A DNA stretch of 64,000 bases, from positions 115,878,001-115,942,000 of the forward strand of contig NC_042999.1 in NCBI RefSeq assembly GCF_006345805.1. Direction: 5' to 3'. The notes beneath the pieces are model-generated. The model made no database searches, was not told where the DNA came from, and saw nothing but the letters and a program-made list of their open reading frames with translations. The position numbers were made by a program, and so were the translations under genes. The stretch is from Octopus sinensis (taxonomy: Eukaryota). Of this stretch, positions 26,745 to 41,616 are shown one piece after another (the stretch's first letter is position 1; each line of letters opens with the position of its first letter).

Positions 26745-27269
26745 AAGCGTTTCCAAGACACCAGACATATTAAATACAATCGAATGAATTAGCAAATGCT
26801 AACTGGCAAATAAATTTACTTCACTAACTTCAATAGATTATTCGAACTACATTGAGATACCGGATGCAAATCTCTGTTATATCAGAAGTATTCTCACCAC
26901 CACTCTAGTTCTAACCAGCCGCAAGTCCACAACACGATATTCCATTACCACAATATCAACAGATAGTATCGAAATTACTACTGACAAAGTATTAGGAGTT
27001 AGCGTGGGCGGGAAATTGGATATGTATGTATGCTTAGGTGAATACACACATACATAGATACATACACAAACACACACACGATCGTTCATACATACACTGC
27101 ATGCATACGAAAATCCATGGACTTACGATGAAAGATATAAACTTGTCTTTCACTGCGTTTGAAGACTTCCGACACCAAAGTAACAAACTAATGAAAAACA
27201 AAAGCCAAAACGATATGATGAAAATTTGCTTAAGAATCCCACTGATGTTTTGAATTCTATTATGTCAGT

Positions 27270-27359
<90 letters not shown>

Positions 27360-27612
27360 GCATGTGTGTGTAGTGCGTGCGTGTATGCATGTGAGTGTGT
27401 GTGTGTGCATACACATGCGCATAGCTATTAGAAGAAAGTTACGCCAACTTAAAAACATCATAATCGATATTAACATTTAACAATAAATATGTCAACAGCC
27501 CCATTCTTTGTACTGTCCGTTCGTGTGTGTTTGTGCATCAGTACACATATACAAATGTATATAAGTACCTAAATTTATGTACATATAATATACATGTATA
27601 CATATCCTCGCA

Positions 27613-28669
<1,057 letters not shown>

Positions 28670-28683
28670 GTGTGTGTGTGTGT

Positions 28684-29016
28684 GAAGGCGCATGGCTCAG
28701 TGGTTAGAGCGTCGAGCTTACGATCGTGAGGTTGTGAGCTCGAATCCCGGACCGGGCTGCGTGTTGTGTTCTTGAGCAAAGCACTTTATTTCACGTTGCT
28801 CCAGTTCACTCAGCTGTAGAAATGAGTTGCGACGTCACTGGTGCCAAGCTGTATCGACCTTTGTCTTTCCCTTGGATAACACTGGTGGCGTGGAGAGGGG
28901 AGGCTGGTATGCATGGGCGACTGCTGGTCTTCCATAAACAACCTTGCTCGGACTTGTGTCTAGGAGGGTAACTTTCTAGGTGCAATCCCATGGTCATTCA
29001 TGACCGAAGGGGGTCT
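28684..29016 (+). mobile_element. tRNA(Arg)-like-headed SINE family C
   Basis: TGGCTCAGTGGTTAGAGC, anticodon-like CTTACGAT, B-box-like GAGCTCGAATCCC. Confidence 0.9.
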
Positions 29017-29032
29017 TAAAGAATATATATAT

Positions 29033-29237
29033 AGGCGCAGGAGTGGCTGTGTGGTAAGTAGCTTGCTTATCAACCACATGGGTTCATTCCCACCGGGTTC
29101 ATTCCCACTGCATGGCACCTTGCGCAAGTGTCTTCTACTATAGCCTCGGAGCGACCAAAGCCTTGTGAGTGGATTTGGTAGACGGAAACTGAGAGAAGCC
29201 CGTCGTATATATGTATATATATATATATGTGTGTGTC

Positions 29238-29268
<31 letters not shown>

Positions 29269-29460
29269 TTGTGGGTCTGTGTTTGTCCCCCCAACATCGC
29301 TTGACAACCGATGTTGGTGTGCTTACGTCCCCGTAACCTAGCGGTTCGGCAAAAGAGAACGATAGAATAAGTACAAGGCTCCCAAAGAATAAGTCCTGGG
29401 GTCGATTTGCTCGACTAAAGGTGGTGCTCCAGCATAGCCGCAGTCAAATGACTGAAAAAA
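29033..29460 (+). mobile_element. SINE family B, full length
   Basis: AGGCGCAGGAGTGGCTGTGTGGTAAG head, internal TA/TG microsatellite, tail ...GCTCCAGCATAGCCGCAGTCAAATGACTGAAA. Confidence 0.9.
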
Positions 29461-29476
29461 ATATGAAGACGGGAAT

Positions 29477-29830
29477 GATACGCAGTAATATACATCTGGA
29501 AAATCCTAGAAGAATTCGTGCCAAACTTTGGCATTGTCAGTTACACAAACAGAACGGAGCGCCACTAATTAATATCAAAAATTCCAATATTGCCATCAGA
29601 ATACAGGATCAGATACTGCAACAACTTGGACTCCAAGGGTCCACAGCTCTTCGGTATCCTCCCACAAAACCTGAGAGGCCATTATGAGGTGGATGTAGGC
29701 GCTTTCAGAACCAAACTGAATATCCTCCTCACAGGAGTTCTGGATGAATCTACCTCAAGGCAAGAAACACAGATGAGGACAGCAACATCAAACTCACTCA
29801 TTCTCCAAATGGTACACATCAGAGAAGCTT
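29477..29830 (+). mobile_element. CR1-type LINE 3' fragment
   Basis: YIWKILE, KGPQLFGILPQNLR, FRTKLN.LL.GV.DE, SNSL C-terminal motifs. Confidence 0.7.
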
Positions 29831-30383
29831 TAGTGAAAGTGTAGTAAAGCAAACAGCGGTGCCCCAGCGTGGCCGCAGCCCTCGGGCTGAAACTAGTAAA
29901 ATAATACATATATAATTTATGTACATACATATACACACACACTTGCACACACATATACACACACACACTGCCGTACACTATCTTCATCAGCTGTTGATTG
30001 GAGATCACAGTGATTTCGCCACTCTGACAGTATCGCTCCTTCTGTAATGCCTAAAAGCATTTATGCTACCAGTGAAAGTCCATGTTATTTTGGCCCTTAT
30101 TGTAACACACCTTCTCCCTCATCATCCATCTAGTTTCCATAGTAAATTGGGTGCAGCTCTAACCATTACAACCATGCAGCAACTATTTCATTTTACTGCT
30201 TGCTAAATATTTGTTTTATGTTCCCTTTTACAAACATCTATCGCATTTTTATCCGTTCCCACATCAGTGCTAAATCTCCATTTTGTTTTACAAACCTCCC
30301 TCATCTTCTTGTCCCACACTGAAAGTTTGCTACTTTCAGTCTTTCTCTTCCCTTTTTCTCTTTCTTTCTCTCTCTCTCACTTG

Positions 30384-30432
<49 letters not shown>

Positions 30433-31602
30433 TGTTATCTTTTTCTCTCTCTCTCTCTCTCTCTCTCTTGCTATCTATTTATTAATGCAAAGTTGCAACT
30501 GATTAATGCTTGTACGCATGCCAGCTACAAACAGAAACTAATAGATATAATTATTTTAAGTTGGAAGTCAAGTTTTACGAATGCGAATTCAATTTACTGT
30601 CTTGATGAAAGATAGCCTTGCCTTTCTTATTACAAATTGCTACCACTGAAAAATAAATCCCAAGGACAGTTGCTGTACTGCATGATAGAGAATACTGTTT
30701 TGCTAATGTCAAATTTATGTAGGATACTCAAAAGTTAGAATCCTTATAATCACTTTATGGCCATGTTAGTAAAACGTAAAACATTTATTTGAGGTGATAA
30801 TATAACAATGCTCAGAATTGCCAAAACTATGATAGGTGCCGATATACCATCAAGGCTCATCACAAACTTAAAATCATTTCTTCGTTATTGTCTGCGCTGC
30901 AGTTCCAATATTTGGATATTTGGATGTGGGTTTTGCTCTAGCCATTCTAGTTCCCACGCGGTGTATGAATGATTAGTTCACCTAACCATCTAATTTCCAT
31001 AAATCTTTTTCAAATTATTTTAAGAATTAGATAATTTGAAGAATGGTAGATGATATATCACAATTAGTAAGTTCAAATGAAATAGGAGTGATTTCATACT
31101 TACTTCATCTTGTGTTCATCTATATTAATAAAGGCGAAATTCTGTCTGTCCGTCTGGAACTCCTGTATCTTAGTCTATATTTGCTCTATATAACATATAC
31201 ATTTTTGGAATCAGGATGATCCTGGGATTGAAAATCTACCCTTCATTTGGTTCTTGAACATCCAGCATTGGGGTCTAATTTAAAAGCATTTGTGTTGCTA
31301 TTTCTTGCAGGTAAAGCGATTGTAAGAGGTTTCAATGCTATAGTACAAGAGTTACCTCCTTTAGCTTTAAGTTTTAGTAAGAAATTTAATGGTTCTTTAA
31401 TCATTTCCAGTCATCAGACTGCGGCCACATTAGGGAACCACCTTGAAGAATTTTAATGGAACAAATCGACACCTGTTCTTTCTTTTTTTGTGCCTGGCAC
31501 TTTTCTATTGGCTTCTTTTACCGAACCGCTAAGTTACGCGAACGTAAATACATCAACACCAGTTGTCAAGTGGTGGTGGGGGACAAACATAGACATCAAA
31601 CA

Positions 31603-31656
<54 letters not shown>

Positions 31657-31967
31657 ATATACATATATATGTACGTATATATGTATGTATGTATGTGTGT
31701 ATACGTTATTCAAATTTTTAAAAAAACTCCAAAACTTTGTGAACTTACAAATTTTTCATTTAAACTGAATTTAATTCAATACCCTATTGGTAGGGTACCA
31801 ATAAAAGCCTTATTATTATTGTTCCCTATCATTTTGGGCCCAATTATCCCTCCACAGGAACTAGCTTGAAAGTCCACACGGACTGCAGCTTTTAAGCTAG
31901 TATTTAATATGCTTGAATTTGATATATATCATACAAATTAAACTACGAAATATATAATCAATATTAA

Positions 31968-32178
31968 TTTTCAAATTTTGGTACAGGGCAACAATTTCGG
32001 AGGAGGGGATAAGTCGATTGCATCGACCTCAGCACTCAACTGCTACTTATTTTATCAACCCCAAACGGATGAAAGGCAAAGTCGACCTCGGCGGAATTTG
32101 ATCTCGGAGCGTAAAGGCGGGTGAAATGCCGCTAAGCATATTGTCCGGCGTGCTAACGGTTCTGTTTGCTCGCCGCCT
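31968..32178 (-). mobile_element. SINE family A
   Basis: Full body in reverse. Confidence 0.85.
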
Positions 32179-33171
32179 TATAATATATTATCTATTTTGA
32201 GCAACTATCTGTTGCACAGTGAATTAGACACCGTGCCACGCATGTATTGAAAAAGAATATCAATTCTTACATGAAAGATAACTTTTCATTAGTAATGAAA
32301 TATCATCCTGCTAAACCGGATATGCATTCATTAAAACAATTCTAGGCAATTTATAGCTACTCTTTCGCCTGGGCAACGCTGCACTAAGTATTCTGCTAGT
32401 GCATGCGCGCGCTTGTGTGTGAAAATGTAGTAATGCTACGACAGTAATAGTTAATTTACATCTTTCATAAGAAGATTTACTCTTTGTAATTTCTGTAGCT
32501 GGGAGTTGTGGTGAACAGCTTTGACAAGTCTTAAAAATACGAAACAAACGTTGATCGAATCTTCATCCTCAGCTACAGAAGACTCTGTCACCAGTTTAAA
32601 TATTTTCATATCAAGAATAGATACATATTTATAAAATATATCGTAAATAATTTTACGTATTCAATCAACACAATGCTGTGCTGGAGATTTTGTGAATTAA
32701 TTTCGTCCGTCAAACATGCATTATGAAATAGTTCATAGTTGTAATGGTAATAATTTTTCCAAGCCAGCTTCAGGTTGCATTATCAAATTTGCACTCTTGG
32801 AATCTTAAAATTTAATAGCTCGCCACAGCGTCGCTAGTGAAAGTAAAGTTGGTGGTGTGAGAGGATAATGAAAATAGAAAGGAAAATGCGTATATTTGAA
32901 AGCGGGTATAATAAAGAGACAGAAAGGTGAGAAAACAAGAGAGAGAGGGGAGAATAGAGAAAGCGAGAGAGAGAGGAAGAGAGATACATGCGGTCGAAGA
33001 TTGACACATATTTCATATATAAATGCAGAATAAAGTCGTATACTCAGCCTGAGGCAAACGTAATAATAACACTAGATTTTCACCTGTAGAAAACTTAATA
33101 TTTAGCTGTCGAGCACAGTGAAGCACGTTCGCTGGACTTTACCATCGGAAAGCAAATAAATTTCAAGTTCT

Positions 33172-33183
33172 GTACTACTGCTG

Positions 33184-33278
<95 letters not shown>

Positions 33279-33280
33279 GA
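33172..33280. repeat. Compound (ACT)n/(ACC)n microsatellite
   Basis: Direct reading; abuts the 3' end of the L1/Tx1 element. Confidence 0.95.
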
Positions 33281-36200
33281 CAATAATAATTAGGAACAAT
33301 ACAAAACAAGGGACAAGTGGGGTTTAAAAGTGTAAACTACACAAACAAAAACAGTTAAAAAATACTAAACGACAAAATTCCCCAATAGCGGGGAGTTCCA
33401 CTCAGGGCCAACCATGATACTTCACACATCCTGGTCACCCAGACTGCCAAGGGTACGCCAAGTAGGCACCCCTCCTCCCCTCAACTGCTCCTGCTTACAG
33501 ACGAATATTCAGAATAGGCCTATTCACACGAACCAATCTCGCAACATTCACCCACCTTTCAACAAAATTACTGGTGGTGGTGGTACTACTTCCCTCTCAA
33601 ACCCTCGCTTTCCTTTTCAAGTGGAACTTGAAAAAGTCGATGATGGATCGGCCGAAGAGGAAAGTGTCTGTCTTCAGTCCTACACTACCTCTTTCCCTAT
33701 AGTCACCAGGCAGAAGAGAACTGCCGTTCCCTCCAGGCCCCCCCAAAAAAGACGGTGGGGTGATCCTCACAATGGACTCGGCTAATAACCGGATCCATCC
33801 TACACGTGACAACAATTGTCCGATAAAACTTCACAGGTCAGTAATGCAAGACACTGGACGAGTGCATGCAAGACGGTGTCATCACCCTGGGACACACCTG
33901 GACAGGTCCGTCTGATAGCACTTCCGTGTCTATAGAGCTTGTATCAAATCGGCAGAGCTTCCCATTACCAGGCCAGAAATTTCTGGAAGTTATCCATAGG
34001 CCCTGTCCCGAAAGTCCTCCGGAAAAGTCCGTTTAGTTGATCCCTCTCGATGCCCAGAATTTCTGCTCTTTCCCACCACTAATCCTCTATAGAATTTCAT
34101 GGTGGAACTGCCACTGATCCTGTTGCCCGACAGGCAGAAGGCCATGAGCGCTTGCTGACACTCCAAGCACCCTTTCTTGGTCTGCGCTTCACCCAGGACT
34201 GTAGATCCATCAATGAGACGAGCTGCGCACACCTGCTCACCGTTAAGGAAATACTGGAGAAGTCGCAGCCTCAGCGCATGTCTGCGCATCATTAGCCACG
34301 GCATGCCCAGTCCTCCAATCAGCGGTTGTTGACAGCAGATAGACCTTCTGATAAGCAGAACTCGTCCCTTCCATAGGAAGTGGAAAAGCAAGCGCTCCAA
34401 CTTTTTCAGGCACGATGTGGGTCAACGGATGACGGTCAGGCAGTAGTAGATGACAGAAGCGATGTACGCATTCTCCACCTCCACCTGGCCCTTCAGGGAC
34501 AGCTTCTCTGAGATTGGCTACCCTGCTCCCTGCCAGTTCACCTCCCCGTCAGTTCTTGTCTAACTGGAAGTTTGGACCTAACTGGACCACGAGCAATTTA
34601 ACCGGTCCTTCTGTCCAGCGTCTACAACGCTGTTGGTTGACATGGACTCGCCTATCCAGGTGCCGAGCTACAGGCCGCACTGACTTCTAGTTGATATTTG
34701 CTCCTGTTACCGCTTCGTACTCCCTTAGTGTAGTGCTCACCACCTCGATTTCCGAGATGTCCGACACTATTACGGTGACGTCGTCTGTATAAGCCAACAC
34801 GAACCTTCTGCATCCTTGATCAGGCGGGATGCCCAACAAAACATTCAGCTTCTGCAGCAATGACTCGAGAGCCAGTACGTACAGAAGATTCAATAGGTAT
34901 CCTTGACGAACCGAACGAGCGATGTTAAACGATTCCGAAAGGTGGCCATTTACATTGACCACCGAACAGATGTCACTGTACATAGTAGCGATCTAGCCTC
35001 TGAAAACGAGACCGAAACCCACTGCCGCGAGAACAGCCTCCGAATATTGGTGGTCGTCCCTATCAAAAGCTTTCAACTGATCCAAATTAATCAGGGCCCC
35101 ACCCATGCCAGGTTCCGTATCCATCCTCTCTATGATGTAGTGCGTGAGATTGAGGTTGTCGCAGATATTTTTGTTTGGGATAGCGCATATCTGCTCGTCA
35201 CCAACCAACTTATCGACGGCAAGCGCCGACCTCTTGGTTAACACCTTGGCCAAAATCTTATAATCTGCATTCAGCAGAGTTATAAGCCTAAAATTATCAA
35301 TTTTGTCCCCCTTGTTCGGGTTCTTCCTGAACAGCACCACCACTCCACGGCTCAGAGCACTGGGAATTATCCCGACACCGAACAAATCTGGCATATAAAA
35401 ATAAAGCTCGAAGAGCAGACCATCCCGCCTGGAGACTTCTCTCTTGCGCAGGTCTTCATCACGTTCCGCATATCTTCGGCTGTTATCAGCATTTCGCAGA
35501 GCTCCGCATCTCTGGCCAGTTCGGCGAAGTACCCCTGAAATTCCGCACACATCTGCTAAGACTTGGTTTACATGTGCCCATCACAGCTTCCCTAAGAATT
35601 GTTGCTTAGTTTCCACAAAGCGCCCCTGTCACCCAGACCCATTGAACGGCTTTCGTCCCCTCCCGTCTCAGTGCACGCGCCCTAGTTCTGACAACGCAAC
35701 CTTCATGCTTGACAGTGAAGAATTGATCAAAAGCCAATCTCGCCGCTATCACGTCGGTCGCTATGCCTTTCCTAAGCGACTCTTCTAGCTTCCTAACTAG
35801 GTCTCCTTCTATCCTAGATTCCTCTAACGCAATTTTCTGACAAAACCCTATTGCTTCTACTCTAATAGCCCTTTTCAGGGCTATCCACCAACAGCTGTTG
35901 ACGATTGCACCCGCCAACTCTCGATGGACTAACTTGCTAACTCGGTCTCTGAAAGCTTGGCACGCTGGGAATGACGTGTTCAGCTTCCAGTATCCGGTGC
36001 CTTGTCTATGGATCCTATGTCGACCGTACAGATCACAAATTTGTGGTCTATGTAACCGACGACTTTCAAAAGTGGACAACTTACATTACTTCTGTCTACA
36101 GGCCTGCAAAATACTCTCTCTCTAGATACGATCTGGGAGACATCCCAAGGAAAACCTTCAAACGTCTGAAAAACTTTGGCTGCTCCACTCCCTTGGGGGC

Positions 36201-37000
36201 GTAAACAGCGACTTGTCTAAAAGTACCACCTTCACTATCGCTCATGCCCGGGACCACCAACTTCCTGGACCTCTGGGTCCAGTAGGTTCGTCCGAACTTC
36301 GAGATCCAGGCCTTTCCTAAACAACACTGCCACCCCACTTCTCCTTCCGAGCCGACTAAGAGATGCGTACATCTCATAATCGTCGAAAATGGTTACAAGA
36401 TCGCGAGTTTCGGAAATCCTGGTCTTACTGGCTACTATCACGTCCAAACTTAGTGACCTGAGGTCATTGAGCAAACGACCTTGCTTCCAGAATGACCTCA
36501 GGCCGTGAACATTTCTGCAGTCCACTCTGACCATTACCATCACAACTCGAAAGGGTTGAGGAAAAGAAAAAGGCAGGTTATTTACCCTCCTGGAGCTCCG
36601 GATCTGGTTCCTCTGCAAAACCGGCTAAAAGCCTCTTGGTAGCGCGGATGTTTGGCCTTCCTACGCCATGCGGGAAGTCCCCCTGAATTTCTTTGTATAG
36701 TTTGAGGGGTAACCGTATTAACAAATTTTTATTGGCTCTCCTCACGAGACTGTGAGCTTTCTTTTGGGGACTATGTATTGTTGTGGGGCCATTGGTGGAT
36801 TTGGTTGGGGTTGTGATGGTTGTGGGGATGGTAGTGCTGGTGTTGTTTTTGCTGTGTCTAATTTCGATGTGCTGGAAGTTTCTGTGTTTTCGGGTGTTGT
36901 AGGTTCTTTTGTTTTCTGTTTCCTTTGCCTGTTTCGTTAATTTTTTTGTGGGGTTCTTTTTTGTGGGGTTCTTCCTCTTCTTCACTACGAGATGAATAGT
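33281..37000 (-). mobile_element. L1/Tx1-clade LINE, decayed near full length
   Basis: NVHGL..LDVI (APE), AVYAP, GYWKLNTS, FRLITLLNADYKILAK, LDQ.KAFDR, SVRQG, AYTDDVTV, FLWKG, GGLGMP and a C-terminal CCHC-like remnant (HALVQC); many frameshifts. Confidence 0.88.
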
Positions 37001-37089
37001 GGCTAGTGTCTGTATGGTCTGTCTCGGAAAGTGTGAGTGTATCTATGATAGTGTGTGCGTGCTTGTGTGAATGTATGCTTGAGAGAGGG

Positions 37090-37467
37090 GATGGAAGAAA
37101 CTCAAAACATGGTGCTCATGGGAACTGTTCATATCCTTCAAAGATATTGTCTATGTAATCCCTAAAATATTCTAATCTCTAAAGAGTATCAAATAACTTT
37201 TAAATGTACATAATTGCCAACATCTTCTACTGTCATTTTAGCATCTCACCACCAACTTATAATCAAATTACTTTTAAAACAAGCTTCTAATTTTCTTATG
37301 TTTTCTAGACATTCTCTAGAATGTCTATGCAAAACCAAAAATATGGCAACCTAGTCGTAACACCAACTTGAACTTCTAACTTCTTGTCTTTCGAAGTCTC
37401 TGGGTGAGACTTGCAGTCAGCTTGTACAAATACAAAGCTAAAACCAAACACATATAATAATAATAAG
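37090..37467 (+). mobile_element. R4/Dong-like non-LTR element, 3' end with (TAA)n tail
   Basis: QNMVLMGTVHIL C-terminal motif, a 3' UTR, then TAATAATAATAA. Confidence 0.55.
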
Positions 37468-37675
37468 GATTTCAAATTTTGGCACAAGCCCAGCAATTTC
37501 AGAGAGGGGGTAAATCGATTACATCGACCCCAGTGCGTAACTGGTGCTTAATTTATCGACCCCGAAAGGATGAAAGGCAAAGTCGACCTCGGCGGAATTT
37601 GAACTCAGAACGTGGAGTCAGACGAAATACCGGTAAGCATTTCGCCTTTCTAACGATTCTGCTACCTCGCCACCT
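37468..37675 (-). mobile_element. SINE family A
   Basis: Full body in reverse. Confidence 0.85.
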
Positions 37676-37724
37676 AATAATAACAACAATGACAACAACA
37701 ACAACAATAATAATAAGGATAATA

Positions 37725-38535
37725 ATAAGCTTGGACACCCTGGGCATCAGAAGAGGGATTTTCCAGGATGATAGTTTACTTCCGTTGCTTTTTGTTTTCT
37801 GCATGGTCCCTCTGACCTTGAATTTAGGAAAATGAACCTGAGATATCAGCTAAAGGGAAAATCCCAAACAATCAACCACATTCTCTTCATGGATGATTTG
37901 AAACTGTATGGCAAGGATGAGACACAAGTGAATTCCTTGGTGAATACGGTCCACTATTTTAGTGCTGATACTAGAATGGAATTCGGACTCAAGAAGTGTG
38001 GAATAATCTACCTAAAAGGTGGCAGGGTACAGTCCCTAGCAGGAATAAAATTACCGAATAAAGACTTGATTAAGCAAATTGAAATGGAAGGCTACAAATA
38101 CCTTGGCGTACTAAAGTTCAACGAGACAATAGAAAAGGAAATGAAAGAGCAACTGAGGGTGGAATATTTCCAAAGATCAAGATTGGTGTTGCGCTCAAAA
38201 TCGACCGGATGGAATAAAATCGAAGCAGTTAATACATGGGCGATAGCGTCACTTCGGTATGGAATTGGAATTATAACATAGCAAAAGAAAGTACTGATGA
38301 AAATGGATACAAATCAAGAGCAAAAATCTCGAACAGTGAACAAAAATCTCGAGAAGTACGTGAAACAAATAGGAGCTGCAATAAGGGTGGAGCACTTGCA
38401 GAAAACTGCACTGCTTGGAACTGCTCGAATACTCCGGAAGTGCTCGAAAAATAAGAGGTGTTACCTTAGTTCACTGGTAGTGAACAACTGACACCGTAGT
38501 ACATCTCCAACGTTAGAAGCTGTGCAAAGGCAATG

Positions 38536-38586
<51 letters not shown>
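37725..38586 (+). mobile_element. R4/Dong-like non-LTR fragment, internally deleted, (TAA)n tail
   Basis: RGIFQ.DSL.PLLF, NHILFMDDLKLY, MEFGLKKC, YKYLG, NKIEAVNTWA, then KTALLGTARILRK; TAA/CAA repeats on both sides. Confidence 0.8.
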
Positions 38587-38609
38587 GGAGGAGGAAAAGG
38601 AGGAGGAGG

Positions 38610-38933
38610 AGACCCCCTTCGGTCATGAATGACCATGGGATTGCACCTAGAAAGTTACCCTCCGAGGCACAAGTCCGGGCAAAGTTGTTTATGGACGACC
38701 AGCAATCGCCCATGCATACCAGCCTCCCCTCTCCACACCACTGCCAAGGGGAAGGCGAAGGCCAAGACAGCTTGGCACCAGTGATGTCGCAACTCATTTC
38801 AACAGCTGAGTGAACTGGAGCATCGCGGAATAAAGTGTCTTGCTGAAGAACACAACACGCAGTCCGCTCCGGGAATTGAACTCACAACCTCACGATCGCA
38901 AGCTCGGCGCTCTAACCACTGAGCCATGCGTCT
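38610..38933 (-). mobile_element. SINE family C
   Basis: Reverse complement of the family C sequence. Confidence 0.9.
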
Positions 38934-38958
38934 TTACTAATAATACTAATACTAATAC

Positions 38959-39023
<65 letters not shown>

Positions 39024-39517
39024 CATCTGTCTCGAGACAATCGGAAGGAATGCACCTTCAATTCCAAGATGTAGCTTTCTGGCATAATGCATCACGCAGA
39101 TTCCTCATGGGGATAACGTTCAAAGTAAAACTTTGGAAAATATTCAGTTACTATAATTGAACAAGTAGACAATTCAGTTGATTGAACAACTGGAATATTT
39201 ATCGTCGAAAAAGACGGAAGATCCACTTTCATTTATTAATTTATATCATACGTATACATACATAGACACACTCAAGCACGCTCGCTCCCGCATATAAACG
39301 CAAAGAACTACATATACATTACCAGCAAGGGTCGCAGCCGAAAAGCTGATTGTTGTTTAAGCTTCTAACTAATCTATAAATAAAAAAGGCGACATAAAGT
39401 ATTAACGTTTCTCCTTTGGTTATGCATTCAGTATACATACGTGCATGGATGTATATGTTACGTGTGTGCGTATGCTGGTTCCAGTGAATAGGATATACAT
39501 ACATACATACAGACATA

Positions 39518-40341
39518 CAGGGTACGATGGGTAAATTATCGCCCTTTTATATTTCTAACTTCACGCATGCACATTGTTTGTTTTTGATTTTGCTAACTAC
39601 ACAGTATAGTAGGTTCAGTTGGGCACTGTCTGTTAGAAAGACAGCACCATGACTCAATTCACTCTACCAGAAATTTGGAAACGACATGCTCTACTGCTTT
39701 GTATTCCCACCGGAAGCTCCAGTACGAATATTTCAGAGTGCTTGAGTGTCAATCTGAGGACTGTGCATTCTGAGAGCAAGTATCGAGTGTGATCACTTGT
39801 GATGGTGACGTCATGCCTCCATTCATCTTCCTACACGGCCTGAGACTCAGCACGAGGGCCTACATCAAGTGCATGGAGGAGGTAGTGCTGCCCTGGGTGA
39901 AGAGGGTGGCTGCTGGAATGCTCTATATCTGACAACAGGACTCTGCACCATACTACACAAGCAGGAGAACCCAGTCGTGGTTGTCAGACGACTTCTGCTA
40001 CTGCATCACACCTCAGACTACAACCCTCTTGATTATTGTGTGTGGGGCTCATTTTAGCGAGAGACTAACAAAACTCCTTGTAACACCAAAGATGAATTGA
40101 AGGCAAGCATTATGGCAGCATTCACTAACTTAAACAAGGAGACCGTCCAGGAGATTTGCAGGATAATCCGAATTTGTCTGGAGCCGTTGTTGAAGCCAAT
40201 GGCGGTTTTATTGAATAAATTTACTCTTTAGTATTTCAAGATATTTTAATGAAATTTTGGTAAATATATCTGTTAAAATGAGATGTCAGTGCTATCTTCA
40301 TGTTTGCGTAATTTAGACGGCAGTTTATTCACCGCACCCTG
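39518..40341 (+). mobile_element. Tc1/mariner maT (DD37D) internally deleted transposon
   Basis: TIRs CAGGGTACGATGGGTAAATT / TTTATTCACCGCACCCTG; QQDSAP, DYNPLDYCVWG, NTKDELKA, VEANG; TA on the left, CA on the right. Confidence 0.85.
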
Positions 40342-41138
40342 CACATACCGACTTACATAATTTATGCATTCATATAGCAAAACTTTCTTGCATATAAACA
40401 TGCATATGCACTCACAAGTAAAAATTCATAGATACACACATACATAAAATGAATATATGCATGCATACATACATACTTCCATACATGCGTACATGCATGC
40501 ATGTATACCATGAACAGTTGAACTTGTCTATTTGAACAATCACTTTGGGAAAGAAATTCGTCATATCAGTAGAAAAAGTGCATATCCAGCCAACTAGAGG
40601 ACACCAATACATATTGACAGCAAGAATAACTGCTCCTGGATCTTTGACAGATACTTGCATGCTACCTTGGAAGTGATATACTTTTGTTCTTCAAGAACAG
40701 GATATAGTTACTAAGCAATCCTATATATGAATACTTTATACACTCATATATAGATACATAAAAAGTAACCACATGCATGTGTAGTAAATAAAAATATATA
40801 CACGTTTAATGAATACAAGTGTATCTACACGCATGCATAAACACACACACACATACACATATACATCATACAAACCTACATACATATATATATATATACA
40901 TACATATACATATACACACATACACACACACACACACACTCACACACACACATATAGTTGAAATTTATAGAAAATCAAAAGACGAAGACAGGTGTATGAA
41001 GAACAAGCAGGTGTATTAGTTTGACGCTCGGGAAAGTGAGAAAGTCTTTTACGTTTTGAGCCTACGCTCTTCAACAGAAAAGAACGCGAGAAAATAGAGA
41101 GCGAATAAAAAGAAACTTGTGAATACAGCAATCAATCA

Positions 41139-41196
<58 letters not shown>

Positions 41197-41449
41197 CGTG
41201 CGCGCGCACATTAACTCACACTTATATCCGCGAAGCTTCGAAACTGTATTATTTGATAGAAACATTCTCACTTTGTCAGTAACTGGTTTGAATTCTGCAA
41301 AGAACTTAATTAAAAACCTCAAGAAAACACACATAATTTAATTAGCTGCAATATAATGAAATAATTATAATGAATATAATTATCTATATTGATTTCTTAT
41401 TTTAGCACAAAGCCACATAATTATAATAGATAGGGCTAAATTCGATCGA

Positions 41450-41616
41450 AGCAACAGCAATATGACTCTAGTACTTAATTCACCTTGCAGTAATGAAAGG
41501 CAAGTCGATATAAACTCAGACCGTAAAGGGACGTAACTAAATACCACAATGCATTTAGTCTGAAACCCAAGTGTTTCTGTAACTCCTTCAAACTAGAAGT
41601 AATGCTTGTACTGAAG
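41450..41616 (-). repeat. Degenerate SINE A segment; inverted twin at 50442-50608
   Basis: 167 bp with 5 mismatches to the reverse complement of 50442-50608. Confidence 0.9.

Noticed and set aside
28684-28760. tRNA gene-like sequence
   Set aside because: It is a SINE head: no proper acceptor stem or terminator, it continues into a repeated body, and it is multicopy.
32430-32620. Open minus-strand frame (KLVTESSVAEDEDSINVCF...) as an exon
   Set aside because: No clear acceptor or homology that I can recognise; too short to support.
38290-38335. CTGATGA motif as a ribozyme
   Set aside because: It lies in LINE coding sequence, with no stem II or GAAA partner.
40412-40660. Non-repetitive minus-strand ORF as a host exon
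   Set aside because: No recognisable domain or splice signals, and it runs into a microsatellite.
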